DNA of 64,000 bases from an uncultured Gammaproteobacteria bacterium. GTDB lineage: Bacteria > Pseudomonadota > Gammaproteobacteria > SZUA-229. The stretch is taken from assembly GCA_963924875.1 (NCBI GenBank), contig CAWUSX010000022.1:124129-188128 (forward strand), given 5' to 3'. Shown here one piece after another: positions 1 through 9,600 of the stretch (positions are counted from its first letter, which is position 1; each line of letters opens with the position of its first letter). The notes under the pieces were generated by a model that searched no databases, was not told where the DNA came from, and worked only from the letters and a program-made list of their open reading frames with translations. A program made the position numbers and the translations under genes.

Positions 1-882
1 GGTATGGTGTAATTCGCGAAAGCCGGGCTGTATGTCGGGCAATCCCTGTTCCTGGCGAATGGATTTTTGGTGCATATTGGGTTGATCTTTCCATTCTAGA
101 AGTCGTGTATCGAGTGCCGGTAGTATATTTTTAAGCAATGGATTGTTCTGTAATGGAATATTTCCGAGTAAGCTTTCGGACGAGCTATTCGACATACGTA
201 TATAACCCTTATTATCGACCACAATAATACCCGTGCGCATATTCTGAATAATATCGTCATTGAGAATCTCCAGGCTGATAATATCTTCTTCGCGTTCCGT
301 TGCCAATTTTTCAGAGCGACGAACTCGACTGGAGAGTGTAGAGGCAAGAAAGCTGGTCGAAAAAAACACCAGGCCAAGTAGACCTGCATGGGTATATTCG
401 GCTGCGTCACTTGATTTATTCAGGAAATTAAAAGTTTGTTCACTGAGTACGGCTATTGAGGCGAGAGCCGCAAATACAAATGGGTGCTTGCCTTTTAAAA
501 AAACGCCTGTAGCAGTGACATTAATAATAAGTAGGATGCTTAATGAACTGCTCAAGCCTCCGCTGGAATGCGTTAATAGTGTAATTAATAAAATATCACT
601 GGCGTTTGACAGTATCACCTGTGTTTCTAACTTAGGATGCTCCCTGATACTTAAAAACAGAAAGACTATGCTGCTGCAAAGTAAGGTGATGGCAGATACA
701 AGGAATATCCCCGGGTGCTCACTGCCTAGAAAATTTAGCCAGCCACCTTTAAAAAACACCACTAATAAACCTAAAGCCAGAAGCAAACGGTATTGGTTTA
801 TTTGTCGAAGTGGGCGCCAGGTAAGCGTTTCATCATTACCATTCGATAGCGAAGTGACTGCCTGATTGAATATATAGCTCAA
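1..882 (-). CDS. PilS/NtrY-like sensor histidine kinase, N-terminal membrane + PAS portion (partial; gene runs off the window start)
   Basis: Manual translation of the minus strand in a frame not listed in the ORF track gives an open frame from about 882 to 1. It reads LSYIFNQAVTSLSNGNDETLTWRPLRQINQYRLLLALGLLVVFF...IISLEILNDDIIQNMRTGIIVVDNKGYIRMSNSSSESLLG, with several hydrophobic helices followed by a PAS-like segment. The likely TTG start overlaps the stop of the upstream small ORF (TTGA). The + strand ORF 260..865 is a low-complexity shadow. Confidence 0.55.
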   Translation of the reverse strand, partial: MSYIFNQAVTSLSNGNDETLTWRPLRQINQYRLLLALGLLVVFFKGGWLNFLGSEHPGIFLVSAITLLCSSIVFLFLSIREHPKLETQVILSNASDILLITLLTHSSGGLSSSLSILLIINVTATGVFLKGKHPFVFAALASIAVLSEQTFNFLNKSSDAAEYTHAGLLGLVFFSTSFLASTLSSRVRRSEKLATEREEDIISLEILNDDIIQNMRTGIIVVDNKGYIRMSNSSSESLLGNIPLQNNPLLKNILPALDTRLLEWKDQPNMHQKSIRQEQGLPDIQPGFRELHHT

Positions 883-1112
883 GCCGATTTATTCCAGTCT
901 TCTAAATGTTGGCTGGAGCAGAAGCTTTTGTCGCCTTTTATAATCGCATCTTCACTGGGAATGTACATTTTGCATTGAGCACATTGCCGCATATTTTTAT
1001 CATCGGGTTTATTTTGGCTGCTTGTGGGCTTGTTTTTTAGTCGCATGGTAAAGCTTCGAGCGGCCCATAATATGAGTGCGACAAAAATAATAATTAAAAG
1101 ACTCTTAAACAT
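879..1112 (-). CDS. small membrane-anchored zinc-ribbon protein (CxxC...C..H; PP0621/YHS-like)
   Basis: 77 aa with an N-terminal TM helix, then CAQCKMYIPSEDAIIKGDKSFCSSQH. From memory, such small proteins sit immediately upstream of PilS/NtrB-like kinase and sigma-54 regulator pairs. The stop overlaps the putative start of the downstream sensor. Confidence 0.5.
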   Translation of the reverse strand: MFKSLLIIIFVALILWAARSFTMRLKNKPTSSQNKPDDKNMRQCAQCKMYIPSEDAIIKGDKSFCSSQHLEDWNKSA

Positions 1113-1175
1113 CTTGCTGTTGTGCTCCCCATTCCTGATAAAATCAGGCTTCTATTCTAATCCAGATACGTTGTT

Positions 1176-2801
1176 ATGAGTGAAGTTGTAAACATTTGCA
1201 TGGTCCAGGATCACTTTATGGTAGGTGATATTAAAGCGAATACGCGGAAAATCATATCACTGGGGCAACAAATGCAGGAAAAAGGTGCCGATTTAGTCCT
1301 CTTTCCAGAGTTGGCGTTAAGCGGCTACCCCCCAGAAGACTTATTATTGCGCAGTGGTTTTATTCGTCAAATAGGCGAGGCCGTACAGGAAATAGCCAAA
1401 AGCTCGGGATCGGCACTTATCGTATTTGGAACACCTATTAAGGCAGTGGATGGTGCGCTGTTTAATGCTGCAGTAGTTTGTCAGCACGGCAAAGTGATTG
1501 CCGAATACCATAAATACAGCTTACCTAATTACGAAGTATTCGATGAAAAACGCTATTTTCAGGCGGGGCATCAGCCATTAGTTATTGAATGCAAACAGCG
1601 GAAAATGGGCATAATAATTTGTGAGGATGCCTGGTTTGATGAGCCGGTAAATCAGGCACTAAATGCGGGCGCTGAGATGCTGCTGATATTAAATGCATCA
1701 CCGTATCATCGAAATAAATACCAGCAACGCCTGGATATGTTGCACAGTCGCCAGCAACTTGCACCATTGCCTATCTTTTACCTGAATACAGTAGGAGGAC
1801 AGGACGAGCTGGTTTTTGACGGTGACTCATTAGTATTAAATGCCAAAGGTGAGGTGACAGGGCGAGGGCCGGATTTTGAAGCGGCAAATTTACACTATCA
1901 AATTGATGTTAATAATATCATTACTGCTATTAACACCCCCTATTCACAACCGCAGAGTGAGCTAGCCAATATTTATAAGGCGTTGGTAACCGCGGTGCGT
2001 GATTATGTGAGAGGAAATGGCTTTGACGGTGTAGTGATTGGTTTGTCCGGCGGGGTTGATTCAGCTCTTACCCTGGCGATTGCGGCGGATGCACTGGGGG
2101 CTAGTCAGGTGCATGCGGTGATGATGCCCTCGCGTTACACAGCGCAAATGAGTTTAGATGATGCTCAGGCGGAGGCCGATATTTTAGGCGTGGATTATAA
2201 AGTGATATCAATAGAACCTGTCTTTGAGGCATTTTTAGACACACTAAAAGATGAGTTCGCAAATATGCAAGTGGACACCACGGAAGAAAATATACAGGCA
2301 CGTTGTCGAGGTGTTTTATTAATGGCCTTGTCTAATAAGCTTCGTCGCATGGTACTTACCACCGGCAATAAAAGTGAAATGGCGGTGGGCTACAGCACTT
2401 TGTATGGTGATATGGCAGGTGGTTTTGCACCACTTAAAGATGTTGAGAAACAATTGGTGTATGCATTGTGTGATTATCGAAATTCGGTTTCATCCGTTAT
2501 TCCGCAGCGCGTGCTCGACAGGCCGCCATCGGCAGAGCTACGTGAAGATCAGGAGGATCAGGATAGCCTGCCGGATTACGCAATACTCGATGCAATTCTT
2601 AGAATGAGTGTTGAGGGCGATATGCCAAAGCAGGATATAATTGCGGCAGGGTACGAGGCGGAAACCGTGGAAAAAATTATTCGCATGGTTCAGCTTAATG
2701 AGTATAAGCGCCGACAAGCACCGCCTGGCGTAAAAATCACACAACGTGCATTTGGGCGAGATCGTCGTTACCCTATAACATCAGGTTATCGACGCAACTA
2801 A
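1176..2801 (+). CDS. nadE: glutamine-dependent NAD+ synthetase
   Basis: 541 aa with an N-terminal carbon-nitrogen hydrolase domain and a C-terminal NAD synthetase domain (SGGVDSAL P-loop-like motif). Confidence 0.9.
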   Translation: MSEVVNICMVQDHFMVGDIKANTRKIISLGQQMQEKGADLVLFPELALSGYPPEDLLLRSGFIRQIGEAVQEIAKSSGSALIVFGTPIKAVDGALFNAAVVCQHGKVIAEYHKYSLPNYEVFDEKRYFQAGHQPLVIECKQRKMGIIICEDAWFDEPVNQALNAGAEMLLILNASPYHRNKYQQRLDMLHSRQQLAPLPIFYLNTVGGQDELVFDGDSLVLNAKGEVTGRGPDFEAANLHYQIDVNNIITAINTPYSQPQSELANIYKALVTAVRDYVRGNGFDGVVIGLSGGVDSALTLAIAADALGASQVHAVMMPSRYTAQMSLDDAQAEADILGVDYKVISIEPVFEAFLDTLKDEFANMQVDTTEENIQARCRGVLLMALSNKLRRMVLTTGNKSEMAVGYSTLYGDMAGGFAPLKDVEKQLVYALCDYRNSVSSVIPQRVLDRPPSAELREDQEDQDSLPDYAILDAILRMSVEGDMPKQDIIAAGYEAETVEKIIRMVQLNEYKRRQAPPGVKITQRAFGRDRRYPITSGYRRN

Positions 2802-2853
2802 ATTTGAGTGTAAGATTAAGTGCTGTTTTTGCACGCGCAGAATAATAATTTGA

Positions 2854-3201
<348 letters not shown>

Positions 3202-3230
3202 CTTCCCGCCTTGCAATGCTTATAAGGTAA

Positions 3231-4013
3231 TTAATTAGAGGGTGGCTGAAGCTCTTTTAAACTTTCCGCCTGAGCAACTTGCTGGTTGCTGTTAGTGTTT
3301 AGCACGAGTTGTGCATCGGTTGCTAGTTGCTTTAAACCAAGCTCGTTATATGCTCTAACCATAATGGCCAATGCTTTTTGGCTTGCCGGGGTTGTCTGAT
3401 AGTTCTCCACCACATATTGGCCACGCTTTGCTGCAGCGAGCCACGCCTTACGTTTAATATAGTATTCAGCGGCATGCAGTTCTGCCTCTGCCAGCTTATT
3501 GCGCAAATGTACCATGTGCTGATGGGCGTCAACTGCATAACGACTATCGGGATACAGTCTTACCAGGGTTGAAAAACTACGCATGGCATCATGCATTGAC
3601 TGGTTGTCGTGTTGAGAAATATCACGTGGTAAATAATCGTCTAAAAAACCTCTGCCACGGGTAAAGTCTGCACGGCCCTTGAGGTACCAGGCGTAAGCAA
3701 CATTAGGGTCTCGTGGGTTAATACGAATAAAACGATCGGCAGCGGAAATAGCTGATTCTGGTTCGTCAAACTTGTAATAGGCATAGGCCACATCAAGTTG
3801 TGCCTGTCGAGCATAAGGGCTAAATGGAAACCTGGCTTCCAGATTTTCCAGATAAGTTATAGCAGCTTCGAACTCAGCATTTTTTAGTGATAAACTGGAC
3901 TCCCTATAAAAATCACTGGCCGACCAGCCGGCATAAAGGTCTTCCTTTACGCCGTCGCCGCTGCAAGCAACCAAAAACAAAGATAAAATAGCTAAAGGTA
4001 ATAATCGCATCAT
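3231..4013 (-). CDS. bamD: outer membrane protein assembly factor BamD (lipoprotein, TPR)
   Basis: Lipobox LVAC at the N-terminus and a TPR-like YfiO/ComL sequence. Divergent from rluD, as in many gammaproteobacteria. Confidence 0.85.
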   Translation of the reverse strand: MMRLLPLAILSLFLVACSGDGVKEDLYAGWSASDFYRESSLSLKNAEFEAAITYLENLEARFPFSPYARQAQLDVAYAYYKFDEPESAISAADRFIRINPRDPNVAYAWYLKGRADFTRGRGFLDDYLPRDISQHDNQSMHDAMRSFSTLVRLYPDSRYAVDAHQHMVHLRNKLAEAELHAAEYYIKRKAWLAAAKRGQYVVENYQTTPASQKALAIMVRAYNELGLKQLATDAQLVLNTNSNQQVAQAESLKELQPPSN

Positions 4014-4063
4014 ATACTCAAACTTAAATACTGTTAGTGCACATTATACAAGAGAAGCCATCT

Positions 4064-5107
4064 ATGTCCGATGATATTTCCCAGGATAATCGTCATGAAG
4101 TGCGCATTCAAACAATTCCCATAGAATATGCAGCTCAGCGGTTAGACGCCGTTTTGGTGAAATTGTTCCCCGATTATTCACGCAGTCGTTTGCAACAGTG
4201 GATTAAAGCAGGGCAGGTACTGCTGGATGGGCAAGTACCAAGGCCACGAGATAAGGTGATTGGTGGAGAGCCTTTAGAGGTTCATATTGAACATGAAATA
4301 TGCAATGAAGATGTTCTGGCCGAGCCTGTACCTTTAGATATTGTTTATGAAGACGACGATATTTTAATTATTAATAAACCGGCTGGATTAGTCGTGCACC
4401 CTGCAGCGGGGCACCCTGGTGGGACCATGCAAAATGGCTTGTTGTACCATGATGAAAAGCTGCACGAGGTACCGCGCTCTGGCATTGTGCACCGCCTAGA
4501 TAAAGACACGACCGGCTTATTAGTAGTGGCACGTAACCTTAAGGCGCATAAATCGCTGGTGGCTCAGTTGCAGGATCGATCTATGCATCGTGAGTACCAG
4601 GCCATTGTTTTGGGCGTGCTTACCGCGGGTAATACCATTGATAAGCCAATGGGTCGACATGGTCGTGATCGGAAAAAAATGGCCGTAAAACCGGAAGGTA
4701 AAGAGGCTATAACGCATTTTAGGGTACTCGATCGGTACCGTGGGCATAGCCGTATTAAAGTCAATCTGGAAACCGGGCGGACACATCAAATTCGTGTGCA
4801 CATGGCCTATGTGAGGCACCCATTGGTGGGTGATCAAACCTATGCAGGGCGTTTGCAAATTCCTGCTGGTGTGAGTGATGAATTGAAAGAAATGTTGCGC
4901 GGTTTTAACCGGCAGGCGCTTCACGCTGGGCAGTTAGGTTTAATTCACCCAGGTACCGGGAAACTTATGGAGTTTAAGGTGCCGCTGCCGGATGACATGA
5001 AGGCGTTAATTAAAGTATTAGAAGCAGATATACATGTTAACTATGAAGATAATTCATATATTGATGATTTTTCTGATGAGTACCCAGATGAGTACTACGA
5101 AGAATAG
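4064..5107 (+). CDS. rluD: 23S rRNA pseudouridine(1911/1915/1917) synthase RluD
   Basis: S4 domain plus RluA-family catalytic motif HRLDKDTTG. The ORF opens with GTG at 4037, but the ATG at 4064 has an AGAGAAG Shine-Dalgarno sequence. Confidence 0.85.
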   Translation: MSDDISQDNRHEVRIQTIPIEYAAQRLDAVLVKLFPDYSRSRLQQWIKAGQVLLDGQVPRPRDKVIGGEPLEVHIEHEICNEDVLAEPVPLDIVYEDDDILIINKPAGLVVHPAAGHPGGTMQNGLLYHDEKLHEVPRSGIVHRLDKDTTGLLVVARNLKAHKSLVAQLQDRSMHREYQAIVLGVLTAGNTIDKPMGRHGRDRKKMAVKPEGKEAITHFRVLDRYRGHSRIKVNLETGRTHQIRVHMAYVRHPLVGDQTYAGRLQIPAGVSDELKEMLRGFNRQALHAGQLGLIHPGTGKLMEFKVPLPDDMKALIKVLEADIHVNYEDNSYIDDFSDEYPDEYYEE

Positions 5108-5149
5108 AAAGCTCAGTGAGGATTTAAATGTGAACAGGGAACCGTTAGC

Positions 5150-5914
5150 TTGGACATAAAAGCTGAGTTGGAGATTATTACGCCGAATTGGCCTGCGCCA
5201 GAGAATATTCATGCTTATAGCAGCACGCGTTTTTCAGGCGAAAGCCAGGGTGTTTATGCGGGTTTGAACCTGGCGCAGCATGTCGGTGATGATCCGCAGA
5301 TAGTTGCGCAAAATCGCCATCAGTTATTAGTGGCTTTAGACCTGCCCAATGAGCCGTTCTGGCTTAATCAAGTGCATCAGACAAGCGCATTGAATACGTC
5401 CATTCAGCAAAATGGCGTAGTGCAGGGTGTGGCGCCAAATGCAGATGCATCATTTAGCCTGCAGGCAAACCGCGTTTGTGCGGTGATGACCGCCGATTGC
5501 CTGCCGGTACTCATTTGTAACAGTAGAGGCAATAAGGTCGCGGCGGTTCACGCCGGCTGGCGAGGTTTGGCTGAGGGTGTAATAGAAAATGCTATTGCCG
5601 CACTCAATGAAAGGCCAGGGCAGTTGTTGGCATGGCTGGGTCCCGCTATAGGGCCACAGGCCTTTGAAGTGGGTGAAGAGGTGCGCAGTGTTTTTGTTGA
5701 AAAATTCGCAGCGGCCGAGTCGGCGTTTATAGCCAATAGATCGGGGCACTATTTGGCGGATATATATCAGCTGGCACGTCTGGTTTTGAGTAACATCGGC
5801 GTTAAGGCTATATACGGTGGTGAGTTCTGTACCTTTAATGACGCAAATTACTTTTATTCATTTAGGCGTGATGGTACAACTGGTCGTCAGGCAAGTTTGA
5901 TCTGGTTCAGTTAA
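5150..5914 (+). CDS. pgeF: peptidoglycan editing factor PgeF (YfiH, laccase-domain protein)
   Basis: Motifs CAVMTADCLPV and AAVHAGWRGL. Conserved bamD-rluD-yfiH arrangement. Confidence 0.8.
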   Translation: MDIKAELEIITPNWPAPENIHAYSSTRFSGESQGVYAGLNLAQHVGDDPQIVAQNRHQLLVALDLPNEPFWLNQVHQTSALNTSIQQNGVVQGVAPNADASFSLQANRVCAVMTADCLPVLICNSRGNKVAAVHAGWRGLAEGVIENAIAALNERPGQLLAWLGPAIGPQAFEVGEEVRSVFVEKFAAAESAFIANRSGHYLADIYQLARLVLSNIGVKAIYGGEFCTFNDANYFYSFRRDGTTGRQASLIWFS

Positions 5915-5936
5915 TGGCCAGATTCAATAATAGAAA

Positions 5937-6461
5937 TTGGAGATAGAAATGAAGTGGTCTGTTTTAACATTGGTAGGTGCTGACCGGCCCGGCATAGTCG
6001 CATCGGTAACGAACGCCTTATATAAGCAGGGCTGCAGTTTGGCACAGGCATCAATGATGCGATTAGGGGCTAATTTCTCCATTATGCTGCGCGTCTCTCA
6101 TGCGGCTGAAACCGATATTCGACAGGTGCTAGGCGATACATGTGATGAGTTGGGGCTGCACTTACATATAGATGATGATGCAAGTAATGGCGCTGCGCTA
6201 GCAGAACCCGATGTACAGGTAACGGTATACGGTGCAGATAGAAGCGGCATAGTTGCACAGGTGACATCGGTACTGGCAGAGGCGGGGCTTAATATTATTG
6301 ACCTGGAAACGGATGTTGGAGGGAGCGCGGATAAACCACTGTATATTATGACGCTGGAAGGCGTTGCCAAAAATGGAATCGAACCTTTGCAGCGGGCTTT
6401 AGAAACACTGGATGCAGACATCGACGTTAATCTAGACGAAATTAATACATTGCGGGGTTAG
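5937..6461 (+). CDS. tandem ACT-domain protein (GcvR-like)
   Basis: Two ACT-like repeats (LTLVGADRPGIVASVT and VTVYGADRSGIVAQVT). Confidence 0.6.
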   Translation: MEIEMKWSVLTLVGADRPGIVASVTNALYKQGCSLAQASMMRLGANFSIMLRVSHAAETDIRQVLGDTCDELGLHLHIDDDASNGAALAEPDVQVTVYGADRSGIVAQVTSVLAEAGLNIIDLETDVGGSADKPLYIMTLEGVAKNGIEPLQRALETLDADIDVNLDEINTLRG

Positions 6462-6471
6462 GTGCTGATCT

Positions 6472-6969
6472 ATGGAAATTCTTATTTATCCAGATCAGCG
6501 GCTTAAGCAAATCTCGGAACCCGTAGAAAACATAGATAAAGAGTTGCTCGACTTTATTTATCAGCTAGAGCAGACACGACAATCTGGCCCTGGTGCTGTG
6601 GGCATTGCTTCGCCACAAGTTAATATGTTTAAGCGTGTGGTGATTGTTGATGTGTCGAACATGAGAAAGCCCGTGGACAATCATGGGCATATGATTATGG
6701 TGAATCCCGAAATTACAGAATGGGACGGTATGTCGATGGGGCGTGAAGGCTGCTTATCGGTACCGGAATTTACCGGCAACGTTATTCGTGCAGAAAAAAT
6801 AAAATTAAATTATACGGATGAGGCAGGGCTTCAGCATGAAATTGAATCTAGTGGTTTTGAAGCCAGGGCGATTCAGCATGAAATGGATCACCTGGATGGC
6901 CTGCTGTTTCTAGATCGTCTGGTGAGCAGGCGCAGTGATTTATTTAAACGCAAAGTGTATAAAAAATAG
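6472..6969 (+). CDS. def: peptide deformylase
   Basis: Motifs GVGIASPQ, EGCLSVP and QHEMDHL. Confidence 0.8.
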   Translation: MEILIYPDQRLKQISEPVENIDKELLDFIYQLEQTRQSGPGAVGIASPQVNMFKRVVIVDVSNMRKPVDNHGHMIMVNPEITEWDGMSMGREGCLSVPEFTGNVIRAEKIKLNYTDEAGLQHEIESSGFEARAIQHEMDHLDGLLFLDRLVSRRSDLFKRKVYKK

Positions 6970-7047
6970 CTGTAATTCTATTGATCGGCGACATGTTACT
7001 TAATACTCATCTATTATTATAAGATCTGTACAGGGAGTTAGCACGCA

Positions 7048-9474
7048 GTGTCATCAGCCTTAAATATCGATACACAACAATCTAATGCGCTAGCATTGAG
7101 CTTATGCAACGTAGGCCTATGTGATTATTGCTTGCCACCCTATACACAATTAAATTTCACATCCAGTTGGGCAAAAATACTCGGTTATAGCGTAGATGAA
7201 ATTCCAGCCGCTGAAATATTTCAAAGCTGGTGGGAACAACAAATTCATCCGAATGATCATACCCGCATTATTGATTTGTTTAATAGTTTGTACTCTGGGG
7301 CTATAAAAAAACTCAGCTGTCATTTTCGCATTAAGCAAAAACAGGGCGGCTGGTGTGAAGTTGAAGTGCTCGCAACGGTTTTAAAACGCAATGAACAAGG
7401 TTGGGCTAAACATGTGTTTAGTGTGATGCGCGATTTGGGAGCAAGTGGGAACAGATATAAACGAATTGTTGAAAATTTAAATGAAGGTATTTGGGTAATA
7501 GATAGATATAACAATATTAAGTTTGTAAATCAGGCTTTATCAGAAATGCTTGGCTACAGTGTGAATGAACTATTGGGAATGCCGATATTAAATTTATTAA
7601 CGGATGTAAATCAGGCAGTTTTCAAACAACAAATTTCGCAACGTAAGCAGGGTATTCCAAATATTTATGAAATAGAGCTACTGCATAAGGATGGCTATGA
7701 GGTTTTAATGCAAGTCGAGTCTTCGGCAATGTTTGATGTTCAGGATAATTTTGACGGCTTAGTCGAGGGTATTAAAGATTTAACCGATATTCGTCAGCAA
7801 CAGTTACAGCTAAAACTATTATCATCTGCCGTTGAACAAAGTGGTTCGATGGTGATGATTACCGACGAAAATGCAGGTATTGAATATATAAATCCTAAGG
7901 TATGCGCAATTACCGGGTATGATAAAACAGAATTAATCGGCAGAAATATGCGTGTTTTCCAATTAGATGATTTGGAAATTAAGATTTTGTCGGAGCTATG
8001 GGGGAATATGAAATCAGCTAATGAATGGCAGGGAGAAATACAGCTACGAAAAAAAGATGGTAATGCTATATGGGTGTTAATGTCTGTTTCTGCGGTAAAA
8101 AACGAACACAGGCAGATAAGCCATTTTGTAACGGTATGTGAAGATGTGTCTCAATTAAAACAAGCGCGTTCACGTATGGAAGAGTTGGCGTATGTTGATA
8201 GTTTAACGGGGCTGGCAAATCGTTTGTTATTTCGTGATCGGCTTGAGCAAGTATTGAAAGGTTTGTCGCGGACTGATACGAGTGCCGCATTACTGTATCT
8301 TGATCTCGATGAATTTAAGCGAATAAATGATTCTATGGGGCATGATGTTGGCGATGCATTGCTAATGAAGGTTGCAGAAACATTGCGTCAATGTGTAAGG
8401 CATCAAGATACTGTGGCGCGAATGGGTGGTGATGAGTTTGTAATATTGTTAACAGATATTGATGGTATGTCAGGTGCATCTGCGGTAGCCAGAAAAATCA
8501 TTGAGAGTATGTCGTACCCAGTTAAATTACTTAAAAATGAAATATTAATAACGCCGAGCATTGGTATTACCTTAGCGCCTACAGATAGTTTGAACGCAGA
8601 TATTTTATTAAAAAATGCCGATATGGCAATGTATAAGGCAAAATCTTCTGGGCGGAATAATTTTCAATTTTTTACAGAAGAGATGAATGCACAAATAGTC
8701 GATCATCTAACAATAGAAAATGATTTACGGCATGCTATTGAAAATAATGATTTATATATGAAGTATCAGCCTAAGTGCAATATTAAAACTAAAAAAATGA
8801 TTGGTGTAGAGGCATTAGTCCGATGGAATCATCCAACAAAAGGTGAGCTTTCTCCGGCTTATTTTATTCCCATTGCGGAAACTGCAGGCTTGATGGTGAA
8901 GCTAGGAAAATGGGTATTGCGAGCGTCTTGTCAGGGCATTAAACAACTAGAGTTACAAGGTTTACAAGGTGTTGATTTGGCCGTTAACTTATCTACAAGG
9001 CAATTTAGAGATCCACATTTAATTAAAACCATTTTGGGCGTTTTGGAAGAGACTAACTTTAAAGCGGTTAATCTGGAACTGGAAGTTACCGAAACAACCT
9101 TGATGGAACAAATAGACCTGGCGATAGAGTTACTGGATCAAATAAAATCATTAGGCATTACAGTGACCATCGATGATTTCGGTACTGGTTATTCGTCATT
9201 GAATTATCTGAAGCGCTTGCCCATTGATACATTAAAAATTGATAAAGCATTTATAGATGATATCCCAGATGATAAGGATGATATGGAGATCTCATCTGCT
9301 GTAATAGTAATGGCGCATAAATTAGGTATAAAGGTTGTTGCTGAGGGTGTTTCAACTCAGGCGCAATGGGATTTTCTTGCACAAAATAAATGTGATATTG
9401 CACAGGGGTATCTTTTGGGTGAGCCCATGGAGGCGCAGGAGTTGCTTGAATATTACTTAAATACCCAAAAATAG
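7048..9474 (+). CDS. multi-PAS sensor diguanylate cyclase/phosphodiesterase (PAS-PAS-PAS-GGDEF-EAL)
   Basis: 808 aa with a GTG start. Canonical GGDEF (RMGGDEFVILL), EAL (EALVRWNH) and DDFGTGYSSL motifs, with several PAS/PAC repeats upstream. Confidence 0.85.
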   Translation: MSSALNIDTQQSNALALSLCNVGLCDYCLPPYTQLNFTSSWAKILGYSVDEIPAAEIFQSWWEQQIHPNDHTRIIDLFNSLYSGAIKKLSCHFRIKQKQGGWCEVEVLATVLKRNEQGWAKHVFSVMRDLGASGNRYKRIVENLNEGIWVIDRYNNIKFVNQALSEMLGYSVNELLGMPILNLLTDVNQAVFKQQISQRKQGIPNIYEIELLHKDGYEVLMQVESSAMFDVQDNFDGLVEGIKDLTDIRQQQLQLKLLSSAVEQSGSMVMITDENAGIEYINPKVCAITGYDKTELIGRNMRVFQLDDLEIKILSELWGNMKSANEWQGEIQLRKKDGNAIWVLMSVSAVKNEHRQISHFVTVCEDVSQLKQARSRMEELAYVDSLTGLANRLLFRDRLEQVLKGLSRTDTSAALLYLDLDEFKRINDSMGHDVGDALLMKVAETLRQCVRHQDTVARMGGDEFVILLTDIDGMSGASAVARKIIESMSYPVKLLKNEILITPSIGITLAPTDSLNADILLKNADMAMYKAKSSGRNNFQFFTEEMNAQIVDHLTIENDLRHAIENNDLYMKYQPKCNIKTKKMIGVEALVRWNHPTKGELSPAYFIPIAETAGLMVKLGKWVLRASCQGIKQLELQGLQGVDLAVNLSTRQFRDPHLIKTILGVLEETNFKAVNLELEVTETTLMEQIDLAIELLDQIKSLGITVTIDDFGTGYSSLNYLKRLPIDTLKIDKAFIDDIPDDKDDMEISSAVIVMAHKLGIKVVAEGVSTQAQWDFLAQNKCDIAQGYLLGEPMEAQELLEYYLNTQK

Positions 9475-9538
9475 ACGCTTGAGTAGTTTGTTTTAAATCA
9501 AATGTTAGTTATTAATGACTAGTCAAATTTTCATACCC

Positions 9539-9566
9539 CTTGAATTTAGCTTGAAAACCCACATCT
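9539..9566 (+). promoter_or_regulatory. candidate sigma-32 heat-shock promoter upstream of clpB
   Basis: CCCCTTGAA, then a 14-nt spacer, then CCACATCT (consensus CTTGAAA-N13-15-CCCCATNT), about 35 nt before the clpB ATG. Confidence 0.45.
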
Positions 9567-9600
9567 CCTAGTCAATAGAAACACTTAATGAGGCTATGCC

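Noticed and set aside
260-865. 201-aa + strand ORF
   Set aside because: Low-complexity Ser/Arg/Lys-rich translation with no recognisable motif. It lies antisense to a much more protein-like minus-strand frame (TM helices plus PAS), so it is a shadow ORF.
4520-4924. 134-aa minus ORF within rluD, and similar internal ORFs (e.g. 6098-6421, 58521-58781, 33493-33774)
   Set aside because: These lie entirely inside well-supported conserved genes on the opposite strand and lack motifs. They are typical antisense shadows.
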